From Gemmataceae bacterium (lineage in GTDB: Bacteria; Planctomycetota; Planctomycetia; Gemmatales; Gemmataceae), in the NCBI GenBank assembly GCA_022614915.1, contig JAKEHV010000558.1:1-17973 (forward strand): a stretch of 17,973 nt of DNA. Direction: 5' to 3'. Under the pieces are notes generated by a model. It did no database searches and was not told where the DNA came from. It saw only the letters and a list, made by a program, of their open reading frames with translations. Every line of letters begins with the position of its first letter. Within the stretch, counting starts at the first letter, position 1. This document shows, in pieces, positions 1 through 7,752 of the stretch. The position numbers were made by a program, and so were the translations under genes.

Positions 1-2
1 AC

Positions 3-80
3 GTGGGTGGCATGCCTTGGCGGATCGTGTGCAACGACAGCAAACCTGGGACAAGCACCGCCAAGGCATGCGAAGCGCCA
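3..80 (+). repeat. REP element copy A (~78 bp, internally palindromic: gcatgccttggcgg ... ccgccaaggcatgc)
   Basis: Near-identical copies at 202-280 (same orientation) and 875-955 (reverse complement). The internal 14-nt inverted repeat (10-23 vs 59-72) forms a REP-type hairpin. It lies next to a RAYT gene. Confidence 0.8.
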
Positions 81-104
81 CGTAACCGGGCGCTTCCGCA
101 TCCT

Positions 105-172
105 TTCGCCGTGCTGGTCCAGGGTTCGCTGTCCTTGCAAAGGATCGGCGAAAGCATGCCACCCGGCGCCTC
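105..172 (-). repeat. Degenerate REP copy in opposite orientation (BIME-like alternation)
   Basis: Partial reverse-complement similarity to copy A: cgtgctggtccagggttcgctgtccttgcaaaggatcggcgaaagcatgccacc vs revcomp of A. Imperfect. Confidence 0.4.
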
Positions 173-201
173 ACGGTGGTTGCTTCAAACATTCAACTTC
201 G

Positions 202-280
202 TGGGTGGCATGCCTTGGCGGATCGTGTGCAAGGAAAGCGAACCCGGAACCAGCACCGCCAAGGCATGCGAAGCGCCACG
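202..280 (+). repeat. REP element copy B
   Basis: gtgggtggcatgccttggcggatcgtgtgcaaggaaagcgaacccggaaccagcaccgccaaggcatgcgaagcgccacg matches copy A except for the central loop region. Confidence 0.8.
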
Positions 281-294
281 CAACTTCATCCCAT

Positions 295-867
295 TCAAGA
301 GTCCAAACAAGGCAAGGGATCCATTTCGATTGGCACGGGCCGGATTCCCGCAAAGAATCTTGCGCTTGACCACACCCAATCGGTCGCCTTCTCCACGAGA
401 CCGCGTCGAACGGGATTGTTGTGAATGTACTCGATCATCTGCAAAAGTGTGTACGGCTCAATCACATTTCGATCATAGCCTCCGCCGCGCTGCCAGAAAC
501 GATGATGCACCTTGCCGCTTGGCTGGACATCTTTCATTTGAGCCAGAAAGCGAGGCGCCTTGCTGCGAAGAAACCGTAACGCCTTGCGCTGTACGGGCAC
601 TTTGAGGGCTGTACGAATGTCTGCAATGTTGTAGTCTGGTTCCTGCGGCCAGACGATGATGTGCACGTGCTCCGGCATGATCACATAGGACAAAATGGAT
701 AATTTCAAATCGCGACGAGCATTGCGCATGGCGCTAATGAGCCATTGCCGGGTGCGATCCTTGGACAGGAGCTGGAGCCCGTGAAAACAGGAGAACGTGA
801 GTTCATGGGCTTCGCCCGGATTGTTGTAACTGCGGACTCGTTTGCGCTTGGATCCTTGCATGTTCAT
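295..867 (-). CDS. REP-associated tyrosine transposase (RAYT / TnpA-REP, IS200-like HuH transposase)
   Basis: Translation contains the HuH motif (IMPEHVHIIVWP) and the catalytic Tyr motif (FWQRGGGYDRNVI...YIHNNPVRRGLV) typical of RAYTs. It is flanked by inverted REPs. Start is taken at ATG 865-867 (MNMQGSKRKR...). The longer ORF reaching 1029 runs through REP copy C and is probably not translated. Confidence 0.85.
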   Translation of the reverse strand: MNMQGSKRKRVRSYNNPGEAHELTFSCFHGLQLLSKDRTRQWLISAMRNARRDLKLSILSYVIMPEHVHIIVWPQEPDYNIADIRTALKVPVQRKALRFLRSKAPRFLAQMKDVQPSGKVHHRFWQRGGGYDRNVIEPYTLLQMIEYIHNNPVRRGLVEKATDWVWSSARFFAGIRPVPIEMDPLPCLDS

Positions 868-874
868 TCCGTTC

Positions 875-955
875 TCTGGCGCTTCGCATGCCTTGGCGGT
901 GCTCGTCCCGGGTTCGCTGTCGTTGCACACGATCCGCCAAGGCATGCCACCCACG
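875..955 (-). repeat. REP element copy C, inverted relative to A/B, immediately 5' of the RAYT gene
   Basis: The reverse complement of 875-955 matches copy A (ggcatgccttggcggatcgtgtgcaacgacagcgaacccgggacgagcaccgccaaggcatgcgaagcgcc). Confidence 0.8.
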
Positions 956-1094
956 ACGCTGAATGATCGAGATTCAGCAAATCCCGATTCATCATCGCGC
1001 GTGCCTTCCTTGCGAGCAAGAAAAAACACTTTGCTTCATGGGGCAAAGATTGGAAAAATCGTGAGGAATCTCGAATGTCACAAGGAGCTTGTTA

Positions 1095-1988
1095 ATGCTC
1101 ATCATCAGGAAAACAGTTCCGCGACAAGGATTGCTGTACCTTGCCCTTGCGCTTTTCGTCGCGCCTGCGCCGGCGCAAGATGCCCCATCCCACGCCATCG
1201 ACAAAGGTCAGCGCGTCTTCTCCGCCGGCCACAGCTTCCACATGTTCATTCCCGCCATCGTGCGCGAGCTGGCCAAGTCGGCGGGCATCAAGGATCACGA
1301 GCAAGTCGGCCAGCAAGGCATCGGCGGCTCGCGCGTCATTCAGCATTGGGATGTCGCCGAGGAAAAGAATCAGGTCAAAAAGGCGCTTAAGACCGGCAAG
1401 GTCGACGTACTCACGCTCTCGCCCATTCACCTGCCCGATCCCGGCATCGAAAACTTCCTCAAGCTGGCGCTCGAGCACAACCCGAACATCCGCATCACGG
1501 TGCAGGAGAACTGGCTGCCCTTCGACATCTACGACACGACCTTCAAGATACGGCCCATGAAAGTGGACCACAACGCGCTGACCGCGGCAGAGTTGCGCAA
1601 GCTGCACGCGCCTTATTTCCAGACCATCGACGACCACGTGCGCGAATTGAACAAGAAGTTCGGCAAGGACGCTGTCTTCGTAGCCCCGGTCGGTCAGGCC
1701 GTAATCGCATTGCGCGCGAAGATCATCGCCGGCCAGGCACCGGGTTTGAAGACGCAGGACGAATTATTCACCGACGCGATCGGCCATGCCAAAGCGCCGT
1801 TGGCGGCCCTCGTCGCGTATTGCCATTATGGCGTCATCTACCGCAAGAGTCCGGCGGGTCTGGCGGCCCCGGCCGTCTTGACGAAGGCGAATATCGCAGA
1901 AGAGGAGAAGCTCAATCGTCTCTTGCAAGAACTGGCCTGGCAAGCGGTGACGCAGCATCCATTAAGCGGCGTGAGGGCAGCGAAATAA
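1095..1988 (+). CDS. Secreted hypothetical protein (N-terminal signal peptide; weak resemblance to an SGNH/GDSL-like hydrolase fold)
   Basis: An AAGGAG SD lies 7 nt upstream of ATG 1095. Signal-peptide-like N-terminus (LLYLALALFVAPAPAQDAP). A GHSFHMF block near the N-terminus and a D-x-x-H block (DAIGHAKAP) near the C-terminus are loosely reminiscent of SGNH blocks I/V. No family is firmly recognised. Confidence 0.55.
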   Translation: MLIIRKTVPRQGLLYLALALFVAPAPAQDAPSHAIDKGQRVFSAGHSFHMFIPAIVRELAKSAGIKDHEQVGQQGIGGSRVIQHWDVAEEKNQVKKALKTGKVDVLTLSPIHLPDPGIENFLKLALEHNPNIRITVQENWLPFDIYDTTFKIRPMKVDHNALTAAELRKLHAPYFQTIDDHVRELNKKFGKDAVFVAPVGQAVIALRAKIIAGQAPGLKTQDELFTDAIGHAKAPLAALVAYCHYGVIYRKSPAGLAAPAVLTKANIAEEEKLNRLLQELAWQAVTQHPLSGVRAAK

Positions 1989-1992
1989 GTGA

Positions 1993-3477
1993 TCACGGAT
2001 TCGCGGTTCGGACACGCTTGGTTAGCTCATTGACTTTGCCGACAAGACGCTCTTCCACGCTCGGCGCAAAGGGTCCAGGCAAGAGAGTGAGGCGCATCGC
2101 GCCGCCGCCTTCGTAGCCGCCTTCCTTCAGGACGCGCACCGTCGGCACATAGCCAAACACGTCGTTGCAATAGCCTGCCACCCACACCGCTGCTCCGGCG
2201 CCGCCTAACTCCTTCTTCAGTCGCAATGAATAATCCACGACCGTTTCCCCCGCCAGGCCGACGAGCGTCAGGTCTTTGCCGAATTGGATTGCCTGGATGG
2301 GGTAGGAATACGTGGCGTGAATCTTGCCGGTCTTGTCGAGCTGATCGAGAAAGTGCTGGGCACGCTTTTGATCGGCAACAGTAGTCGACATCTTGAGCTT
2401 GATCAGCTCTTCACGCGACATGGGCACAAAGTCCAGGGTGACTGTTTCCAGCACGGAGCGCACCGGGCCCGCGACAGGCCGCGGCTTGGGCAAAAGCGCC
2501 GCCTCGACGGCGTTGGCCAGCGCCCGGCCATGCTGCTTGGCGTTTTCCAGCGTGCCGCGCGGATACGGGTTCTGGTCGCCGCCGCAGCCGGTCAGGAACA
2601 GGGCGACGGTTCCCGGCTGCGCCTGTTCCAGATACTCCTGCGCATAGCCCGCGTAGTCGCCGCAGTATTCGTAAAAGCTCAATGTCGTGTTGTGGCAGGC
2701 GTAGCCGAAGAGCACGGCGCGCAGCTTGCCGTCGGCGCTATCGATACGCAAAACGGGCACTTCGTGATCGACGGGCCCTTCGGGATACGGGCTGTTTTGA
2801 TAGCCCTTCGCGGTGGGCAACCGGCGATTCATGGCGAACCCCGCCCGCGCATGCGAATAGCCGAGCCGCGCAGGCGAAAGGTTCTTCAGAGCGTCGCCGA
2901 CAAGGTCAACGAGTTTTTCCTCCAACCCGGCGACATAATCCGCGATGCCCTTTACTTGAGCAGCATTAAGGTCATACAACACGGAGCCGCCGGAACGCAC
3001 GACGGGACCGCAGTGTGTGTGCGAAGCGTTCAAAAGCAAAGATTCGGGCAGAAGTTTATGACGGTCCCTGACCTTTTTCTCGACTGCCTCGCGCATCGAT
3101 CGGGTTATGCCGATGAGGTCCATGGTGACCAGGACGACGCGCTTGCCGGACGCGTCTTCCAGGGCCAGCGCCTTGGCATAGAGTTCTTGCGCTTTGCCCT
3201 CGGCGGGCTTCTTGCGGGCGGCGTAGCCGGCCATCCACAGGTTTTCTGTTGGGGTGATGACCAATTTGGCGACGCCGGCTTTCCAGACATCGCTGGCTGG
3301 TTGAGCTTGCGCGTCGCGGGACTGCAGAAAGATGCAAGCGAATAACAAACCACCCGCCAAAACCATCTTGAGCGCCACCAAACGATTCAGTTTGAGATCG
3401 CGCGCGGAGGTATCCGCAGGCACGATGGGATAGGGGACCGTCGGCGGTTGATCCGTGCTGTTGCCGGCATTGCTCAT
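1993..3477 (-). CDS. Neutral/alkaline ceramidase-family hydrolase (membrane-anchored or secreted)
   Basis: VVLVTMDLIGIT and NASHTHCGP resemble neutral ceramidase VFVSIDIGMVS and SGTHTHSGP. A hydrophobic signal/anchor segment (MVLAGGLLFACIFL) is present. The start is ambiguous: ATG 3477, ATG 3366 or TTG 3492. Confidence 0.65.
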   Translation of the reverse strand: MSNAGNSTDQPPTVPYPIVPADTSARDLKLNRLVALKMVLAGGLLFACIFLQSRDAQAQPASDVWKAGVAKLVITPTENLWMAGYAARKKPAEGKAQELYAKALALEDASGKRVVLVTMDLIGITRSMREAVEKKVRDRHKLLPESLLLNASHTHCGPVVRSGGSVLYDLNAAQVKGIADYVAGLEEKLVDLVGDALKNLSPARLGYSHARAGFAMNRRLPTAKGYQNSPYPEGPVDHEVPVLRIDSADGKLRAVLFGYACHNTTLSFYEYCGDYAGYAQEYLEQAQPGTVALFLTGCGGDQNPYPRGTLENAKQHGRALANAVEAALLPKPRPVAGPVRSVLETVTLDFVPMSREELIKLKMSTTVADQKRAQHFLDQLDKTGKIHATYSYPIQAIQFGKDLTLVGLAGETVVDYSLRLKKELGGAGAAVWVAGYCNDVFGYVPTVRVLKEGGYEGGGAMRLTLLPGPFAPSVEERLVGKVNELTKRVRTANP

Positions 3478-3644
3478 GAGGCGCCACCACAACTTGCTGA
3501 GAATCTTAATATACTAACGACAACTCAGGTGTCGAATGAGGCGCAATAAAACTTGCCCGGCAATCCCAATGTGTGCCGCGTCTTGGCGATTCCGGCTTGG
3601 GTCCTTAGAAAAGCTCCTTTCCTGTTACTTCGAGAATCTTTGCC

Positions 3645-4139
3645 ATGGACATTCGCCTGCAAGCGGTGACTGGAGTGGTGCCGCCGGAATTGGCCGAAGC
3701 GCGCATTCGCGAGGTGTGGCCGAGCGTGGCGCGGGCGCCGGGCATCGCCGCTTTGGGCAAGAGTTTGACGCGCACGATTGTCTTGGCCCCGCTGGCCTGG
3801 ATGCTGATGGGCATGGTTTACTTCGGTAAGGTGCTGCCCGTCTTCGCCCGTCGCTACGAATTGACCAATCGCCGGCTCGTGGTCCGCAAGGGTTGGAGCG
3901 GCAAGATCAGCGAGGAAATCCCATTGGCAAAGATCGACGCTGTGGAGATGGTAACCGACGCCAACACCGAATTCTTCCGTGCCGCGACATTGCGGATTCT
4001 GTCCGACGGCAAAGAAGCTATGGCATTGCCCGGCGTACCCGATCCTGAGTCTTTTCGCCAAGCCATACTCAACACGTGCAACGCTTGGGTGCCGGGTCGA
4101 AGCAAGTCGTTGCCCTTTGTTGCTGCCAGTGCGAAGTAA
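3645..4139 (+). CDS. Membrane-anchored bacterial PH-domain (bPH_2 / YdbS-YdbT-like) protein
   Basis: An N-terminal TM hairpin (IVLAPLAWMLMGMVYFGKVLPVF) is followed by YELTNRRLVVRKGWSGKISEEIPLAKIDAVEM, the bPH_2 signature (Y-x-LT-x-RRL...I..VE). Confidence 0.6.
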   Translation: MDIRLQAVTGVVPPELAEARIREVWPSVARAPGIAALGKSLTRTIVLAPLAWMLMGMVYFGKVLPVFARRYELTNRRLVVRKGWSGKISEEIPLAKIDAVEMVTDANTEFFRAATLRILSDGKEAMALPGVPDPESFRQAILNTCNAWVPGRSKSLPFVAASAK

Positions 4140-4144
4140 GGCGC

Positions 4145-4222
4145 GGAGAGTGGAGCGCGGAGAGTGGAGCGCGAAGCGCGGCGAGTTGCGCTTTGCGCAC
4201 CACTCTCCGCGCTCCACTCTCC
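4145..4222. repeat. 78-nt near-perfect hairpin / imperfect palindrome; arms contain a tandem 14-mer (ggagagtggagcgc x ~1.6)
   Basis: 4145-4167 (ggagagtggagcgcggagagtgg) is the exact reverse complement of 4200-4222. Pairing continues inward with only G-U wobbles to a 4-nt loop (4182-4185). It starts 6 nt after the PH-gene stop and ends ~20 nt before the ecfT start. No U-tract follows. Confidence 0.8.
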
Positions 4223-4244
4223 ACTCACCTCCCGCGGAGCACTT

Positions 4245-5015
4245 GTGACCCTCACGTTCGATTTTCCCGAATGTACACGGTCGCCGCTGGGGCGCTGGGA
4301 CCCGCGTTGGAAACTGGCGGGCGTTTTGCTGAGCGTGATCGCCGCGGCGCTGGTGCGGACGCTCCCCGCGTCACTTGTGATCTTCGCCGGCGCGGTAATA
4401 CTCGTCCTCCTCGCCAAGCTTCCGCTGCGCTGGTATTTCGGCCGGCTTGTCGTCCTCGCCGTCTTTCTCGCTGTCTTCCTGGTCTGGTTGCCGTTCCTTT
4501 ATCCTGCACCGACGCTCAAAATCTTGGGGGTTGAGCTCTCAGAAGAAGGAATCCGCTTGGCGCTGACGCTGCTCCTTAAGGCGGCGGCCATCGTCTCGCT
4601 GTTCCTGGCGCTGTTAGCGACCGCGCCCTTGCCTGAGACTCTGCTGGCCGCCCAAGCGCTGCGCTGCCCGCGCTTGTTCTTGCATTTGACCCTGCTCACC
4701 TATCGCTATGTGTTTCTGCTGGCGGAAGAAGTGGTGCGCTTGCGCAGCGCACTGCGTGTCCGCGGTTATCGCAACCGGGCGACGGCCCACAGCTACCGCA
4801 CGGTCGGCCAGGCCGCTGGATCGCTTCTGGTGCGCAGCCACGAGCGGGCCGAACGCGTCGATCAGGCCATGCGCTGCCGGGGCTTCGACGGAGTCTTTCG
4901 GACGCTGCAGGCGTTCGCAACACACTGGAGTGACGTGGCCGGCTTCCTGCTGCTCGTGGCCGGTTCGACGGCAGTGCTGATCTGGGATATTGTGGTGCGT
5001 GCTGCTCAAATCTAG
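4245..5015 (+). CDS. Energy-coupling-factor transporter transmembrane (T) component, EcfT/CbiQ family
   Basis: Polytopic membrane protein with the EcfT coupling-helix motif (EEVVRLRSALRVRGY, the Ala-Arg-Gly signature). The start was moved from 4164 (inside the hairpin) to GTG 4245, which has a GGAG 8 nt upstream. TTG 4242 is an alternative. Confidence 0.65.
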   Translation: MTLTFDFPECTRSPLGRWDPRWKLAGVLLSVIAAALVRTLPASLVIFAGAVILVLLAKLPLRWYFGRLVVLAVFLAVFLVWLPFLYPAPTLKILGVELSEEGIRLALTLLLKAAAIVSLFLALLATAPLPETLLAAQALRCPRLFLHLTLLTYRYVFLLAEEVVRLRSALRVRGYRNRATAHSYRTVGQAAGSLLVRSHERAERVDQAMRCRGFDGVFRTLQAFATHWSDVAGFLLLVAGSTAVLIWDIVVRAAQI

Positions 5016-5120
5016 CTCCACTACTTTACGAATAACTCACGGGGTTAAGTTCCTTACAACCGAAGCAACCGTTGCCGACGGATGGGATTGCCCGAACCGC
5101 ATTGCCCAAATTGCATTGCA

Positions 5121-5141
5121 ATCCAGCTGTTCCAGCTGGAT
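5121..5141. promoter_or_regulatory. Perfect 9-3-9 palindrome ATCCAGCTG-ttc-CAGCTGGAT (candidate operator) in the nfeD-flotillin leader
   Basis: Read directly from the sequence. It lies ~140 bp upstream of the nfeD start. Confidence 0.5.
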
Positions 5142-5154
5142 CATGCGAGTGCGC

Positions 5155-5258
5155 TTCGTAGGACGGCCCTGGAGTGCCGTCCCACACCGGGAAACTCGTA
5201 GGACGGGTCTCCAGGCCCGTTCTGCTATCGAACAATGGGACGGTCTAAGGCCCGTCCA
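5155..5258 (+). repeat. Three tandem related stem-loops (GGACGG-N8-CCGTCC) in the nfeD 5' leader
   Basis: Hairpins at 5161-5182, 5201-5222 and 5237-5257. The first two sit inside a ~28-nt direct repeat (tcgtaggacgg...ccgtcc). Confidence 0.6.
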
Positions 5259-5278
5259 AGCGGATAGCAAGGTGCACC

Positions 5279-5878
5279 ATGGAAACCACATACATCATTT
5301 GTGCGGCCGTGGGCGGCACGCTGATCGTTTGCCAGTTTCTTTTGACGCTGCTCGGCATGGGCGGCGACCACGACGCGGGCGGCCACGACGGCGGACATGA
5401 TTTCGGTGGGCACGACGCAGGTCACGCCGCCGGCCACCATCACGCCGGTCACGGCAACGAGTCCTCCTGGTACTTCGGCCTGTTGACCTTTCGCACTCTG
5501 TCGGCCGCCGTTGCGTTCTTCGGACTGACCGGACTGGTCGGCCACAATGCCGACTTCGAACCGCAGGTCACATTGATCATGGCAGTCGGCGCCGGCCTGG
5601 GCGCCATGTTCCTGGTGGCCTGGATCATGCAATTCATGACCAAGCTGAATGTGGACGGCACAGTTCGCATCGACCGTGCGCTCGGCAGCCGGGGAACGGT
5701 GTATCTCACAGTCCCGGCAGAGAAGAGCGGCGAAGGCAAAGTCATGGTGGACTTCATGAGCCGCACGATGGAATACAAAGCAGTCACGGCCCAAGGCGCG
5801 CTGCCCACCGGCTCCAAAGTCGTCGTCGTGGGAGTCTTGAACTCGGATACGGTTGAAGTTGCTTCAACAGCAGAATAG
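5279..5878 (+). CDS. NfeD-family membrane protein (short NfeD / YuaF-like, C-terminal OB-fold) with a His/Asp/Gly-rich insert
   Basis: N-terminal TM segments. The C-terminal segment (GTVYLTVPAEKSGEGKVMVDFMSRTMEYKAVTAQGALPTGSKVVVVGV) is typical of the NfeD beta-barrel. The gene sits immediately upstream of a flotillin gene, the canonical nfeD-floT arrangement. AAGGTG precedes the ATG. Confidence 0.7.
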   Translation: METTYIICAAVGGTLIVCQFLLTLLGMGGDHDAGGHDGGHDFGGHDAGHAAGHHHAGHGNESSWYFGLLTFRTLSAAVAFFGLTGLVGHNADFEPQVTLIMAVGAGLGAMFLVAWIMQFMTKLNVDGTVRIDRALGSRGTVYLTVPAEKSGEGKVMVDFMSRTMEYKAVTAQGALPTGSKVVVVGVLNSDTVEVASTAE

Positions 5879-5885
5879 GTGACTC

Positions 5886-7604
5886 ATGTTTGCTTCACTC
5901 TTCGCGCAGGGTCCCAGCGGCCTTCCCATCTCTTGGCCCGCGTTGACGCTCATCATCGTCGCGGTGATGGTGTTTTTCACCATTCTCATGCTGTTTGTGC
6001 GCCGCTATAAGCGTTGCCCCAGCAACCAGGTCCTGGTCATCTTCGGCAAGTACACCGGCAGCCCCACCGGCACTCGCTGCCTGCACGGCGGGGCGCGTCT
6101 CGTGCTGCCGCTCGTGCAAGACTACTCGTATCTGAGCCTGGAGCCCATTCAGATCGAGGTTCCGCTCAAAGGCGCCTTGTCGATGGAGAACATCCGCGTC
6201 AATGTCCCCAGTGTCTTCACCGTCGCCATTGGCACCAATCCGGAAACCATGCAGAACGCGGCCATCCGTTTGCTCGGACTCGACATCAACGAGATCAAGC
6301 AGCAAGCGGGCGACATCATTTTCGGCCAGCTCCGCCAGGTCATCGCGTCGATGAAGATCGACGAAATCAACCGGGACCGCGACAAGTTTCTACAAAGCAT
6401 TCAAACTTCTTTGGAGATCGAGCTGCAGAAAATCGGCTTGGTGCTCATCAACGTCAACATCACCGACATCACGGACGAGTCCGGCTACATCGAAGCCATC
6501 GGTCGCAAGGCGGCGTCCCAGGCGGTGCAGCAGGCCAAGATCGACGTGGCGGAGCAGGAAAAGCATGGGCAAATCGGCGTGGCCGAGGCGGACCGGGAAA
6601 AGTCGATCCAGGTGGCCAACGCGACCAAGCTGCGCGAGATCGGCACGCGCGAGGCCCTGCGCGAGCAGGCGGTGCGGGTCGCCCAATTGGAAAAGGAAAA
6701 GAAGGTCGGCGAAGAAACGGCGGCCCTGGAGCGTGAAACCCAGATCAAGGAGGCGCAGCGGCTCCAGGCCGTCCGCGTCGCCGAGTTGGATAAGGAACAA
6801 AAAGTCGGCGAGCAGCAAGCGGCGTTCGAGAAAGAGGCGCAGGTGAAGGACGCCGAGCGCAAAATGCGTGTTTCCATCGCCGACGCCAACGCCAAGGCCA
6901 TCGCCGGCGAGGCCCACGCCCAGGCGGAAGTCGCGCTGGCCCAAGCGAATCTGCAAGTGAAGCAAGCCGAGGCGTTTCAACTGGGCGAGACCCGCAAGCG
7001 CGAAGCCGACGCTGCCGTCCAGGAAGCGCAGCACCGTGCCCAGGCCAAGGCCGCGTTGGCCCAAGCCGAGCGCATCGAGGCCGAACGCCGCGCCCAATTG
7101 GAAGCGACGGCCAAAGCGGAAAAAGCCAAGGTCATCGTCGAAGCCGAGGCGGAAGCCGAAAAGCATCGCATCGAGGCGCAGGGCGAGGCCTCAGCCATCT
7201 TCGCCAAGCTCGACGCCGAAGCCCGTGGCCAATACGAGATCCTCGCCAAGAAAGGCGAGGGCCTCAAGCGCATCATCGACGCGTGCGGCGGCGCCCAGCA
7301 AGCCTTTCAGCTTCTCATGCTGGAGCACCTCGACAACCTCGCGCAGACGGCGGCCCAGGCCATCTCCAACATCAAGTTCGACAAAGTCATCGTTTGGGAA
7401 AACGGCGGCAACGGAACCGGCACAACCAACACGTCCCAATTCCTGCAAGGCATGGCCCGCACCCTGCCACCCATGATGCAAGTCATGAAGGACATCGGCG
7501 GCATCGAAATCCCTGATTACATCGCGCGCTTTACTGCGGAATCAAAGCCCGCGGACAAGGCGGCCGTGGACGGCGAGCGGCCGGTGGAGGCGGGAAAAAA
7601 GTGA
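5886..7604 (+). CDS. floT: Flotillin-like SPFH/band-7 protein (FloT/YuaG-like) with an extended Glu/Ala-rich coiled coil
   Basis: N-terminal TM helix, then an SPFH domain (LSLEPIQIEVPLKGALSMENIRVNVPSVFTVAIG...), then long EA/KQ repeats, then a C-terminal flotillin tail. Begins 8 nt after nfeD. Confidence 0.85.
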   Translation: MFASLFAQGPSGLPISWPALTLIIVAVMVFFTILMLFVRRYKRCPSNQVLVIFGKYTGSPTGTRCLHGGARLVLPLVQDYSYLSLEPIQIEVPLKGALSMENIRVNVPSVFTVAIGTNPETMQNAAIRLLGLDINEIKQQAGDIIFGQLRQVIASMKIDEINRDRDKFLQSIQTSLEIELQKIGLVLINVNITDITDESGYIEAIGRKAASQAVQQAKIDVAEQEKHGQIGVAEADREKSIQVANATKLREIGTREALREQAVRVAQLEKEKKVGEETAALERETQIKEAQRLQAVRVAELDKEQKVGEQQAAFEKEAQVKDAERKMRVSIADANAKAIAGEAHAQAEVALAQANLQVKQAEAFQLGETRKREADAAVQEAQHRAQAKAALAQAERIEAERRAQLEATAKAEKAKVIVEAEAEAEKHRIEAQGEASAIFAKLDAEARGQYEILAKKGEGLKRIIDACGGAQQAFQLLMLEHLDNLAQTAAQAISNIKFDKVIVWENGGNGTGTTNTSQFLQGMARTLPPMMQVMKDIGGIEIPDYIARFTAESKPADKAAVDGERPVEAGKK

Positions 7605-7752
7605 TTACCACGTTGTTCTTGCGATTGCATAACTCTTGACCATTCACGACTTTTGGAACGGGATGGAGGGCGGCAGGCTCACGAAGTTGCTTGAGTCGAT
7701 TGGAGCCTCGCCATAAGCTTGGGCTGGCCGAATGCAGTTCTTTCAGTCCGCG

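Noticed and set aside
3-280. Possible CRISPR array (two direct ~78-bp repeats separated by ~120 bp)
   Set aside because: Only two direct copies. The repeat is too long and internally palindromic, a third copy is inverted, and all copies flank a RAYT gene. This is a REP/BIME, not CRISPR.
3-605. Long plus-strand ORFs (3..605, 7..369) across the left edge
   Set aside because: They are translations of the REP repeats and of the antisense strand of the RAYT gene. The repeated 'peptide' GGMPWRIVC...TSTAKACEAP simply mirrors the DNA repeat.
867-1029. 5' extension of the RAYT ORF to 1029 (244 aa)
   Set aside because: It runs through REP copy C, and its 'peptide' is the REP translation. RAYTs are ~160-200 aa. 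ATG 865-867 gives 190 aa.
2284-3345. 353-aa plus-strand ORF antisense to the ceramidase gene
   Set aside because: High-GC antisense frame artefact (Arg/Ala/Gly-rich, no domain signal). The opposite strand has clear ceramidase motifs.
4164-4244. Upstream extension of the ecfT ORF from ATG 4164
   Set aside because: The extension lies entirely within the 78-nt hairpin and encodes low-complexity sequence. GTG 4245 has a proper GGAG spacing and begins the hydrophobic core.
6390-7166. 258-aa minus-strand ORF, plus the +1/+2 frame ORFs (6014..6736, 7036..7476), inside the flotillin gene
   Set aside because: Low-complexity L/G/R-rich or R/P/S-rich translations of the GC-rich EA-repeat region. Flotillin reading frame is strongly supported.
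7605-7752. Looked for an intrinsic terminator between the convergent flotillin and S41 genes
   Set aside because: No convincing GC stem followed by a T-tract on either strand. Not called.
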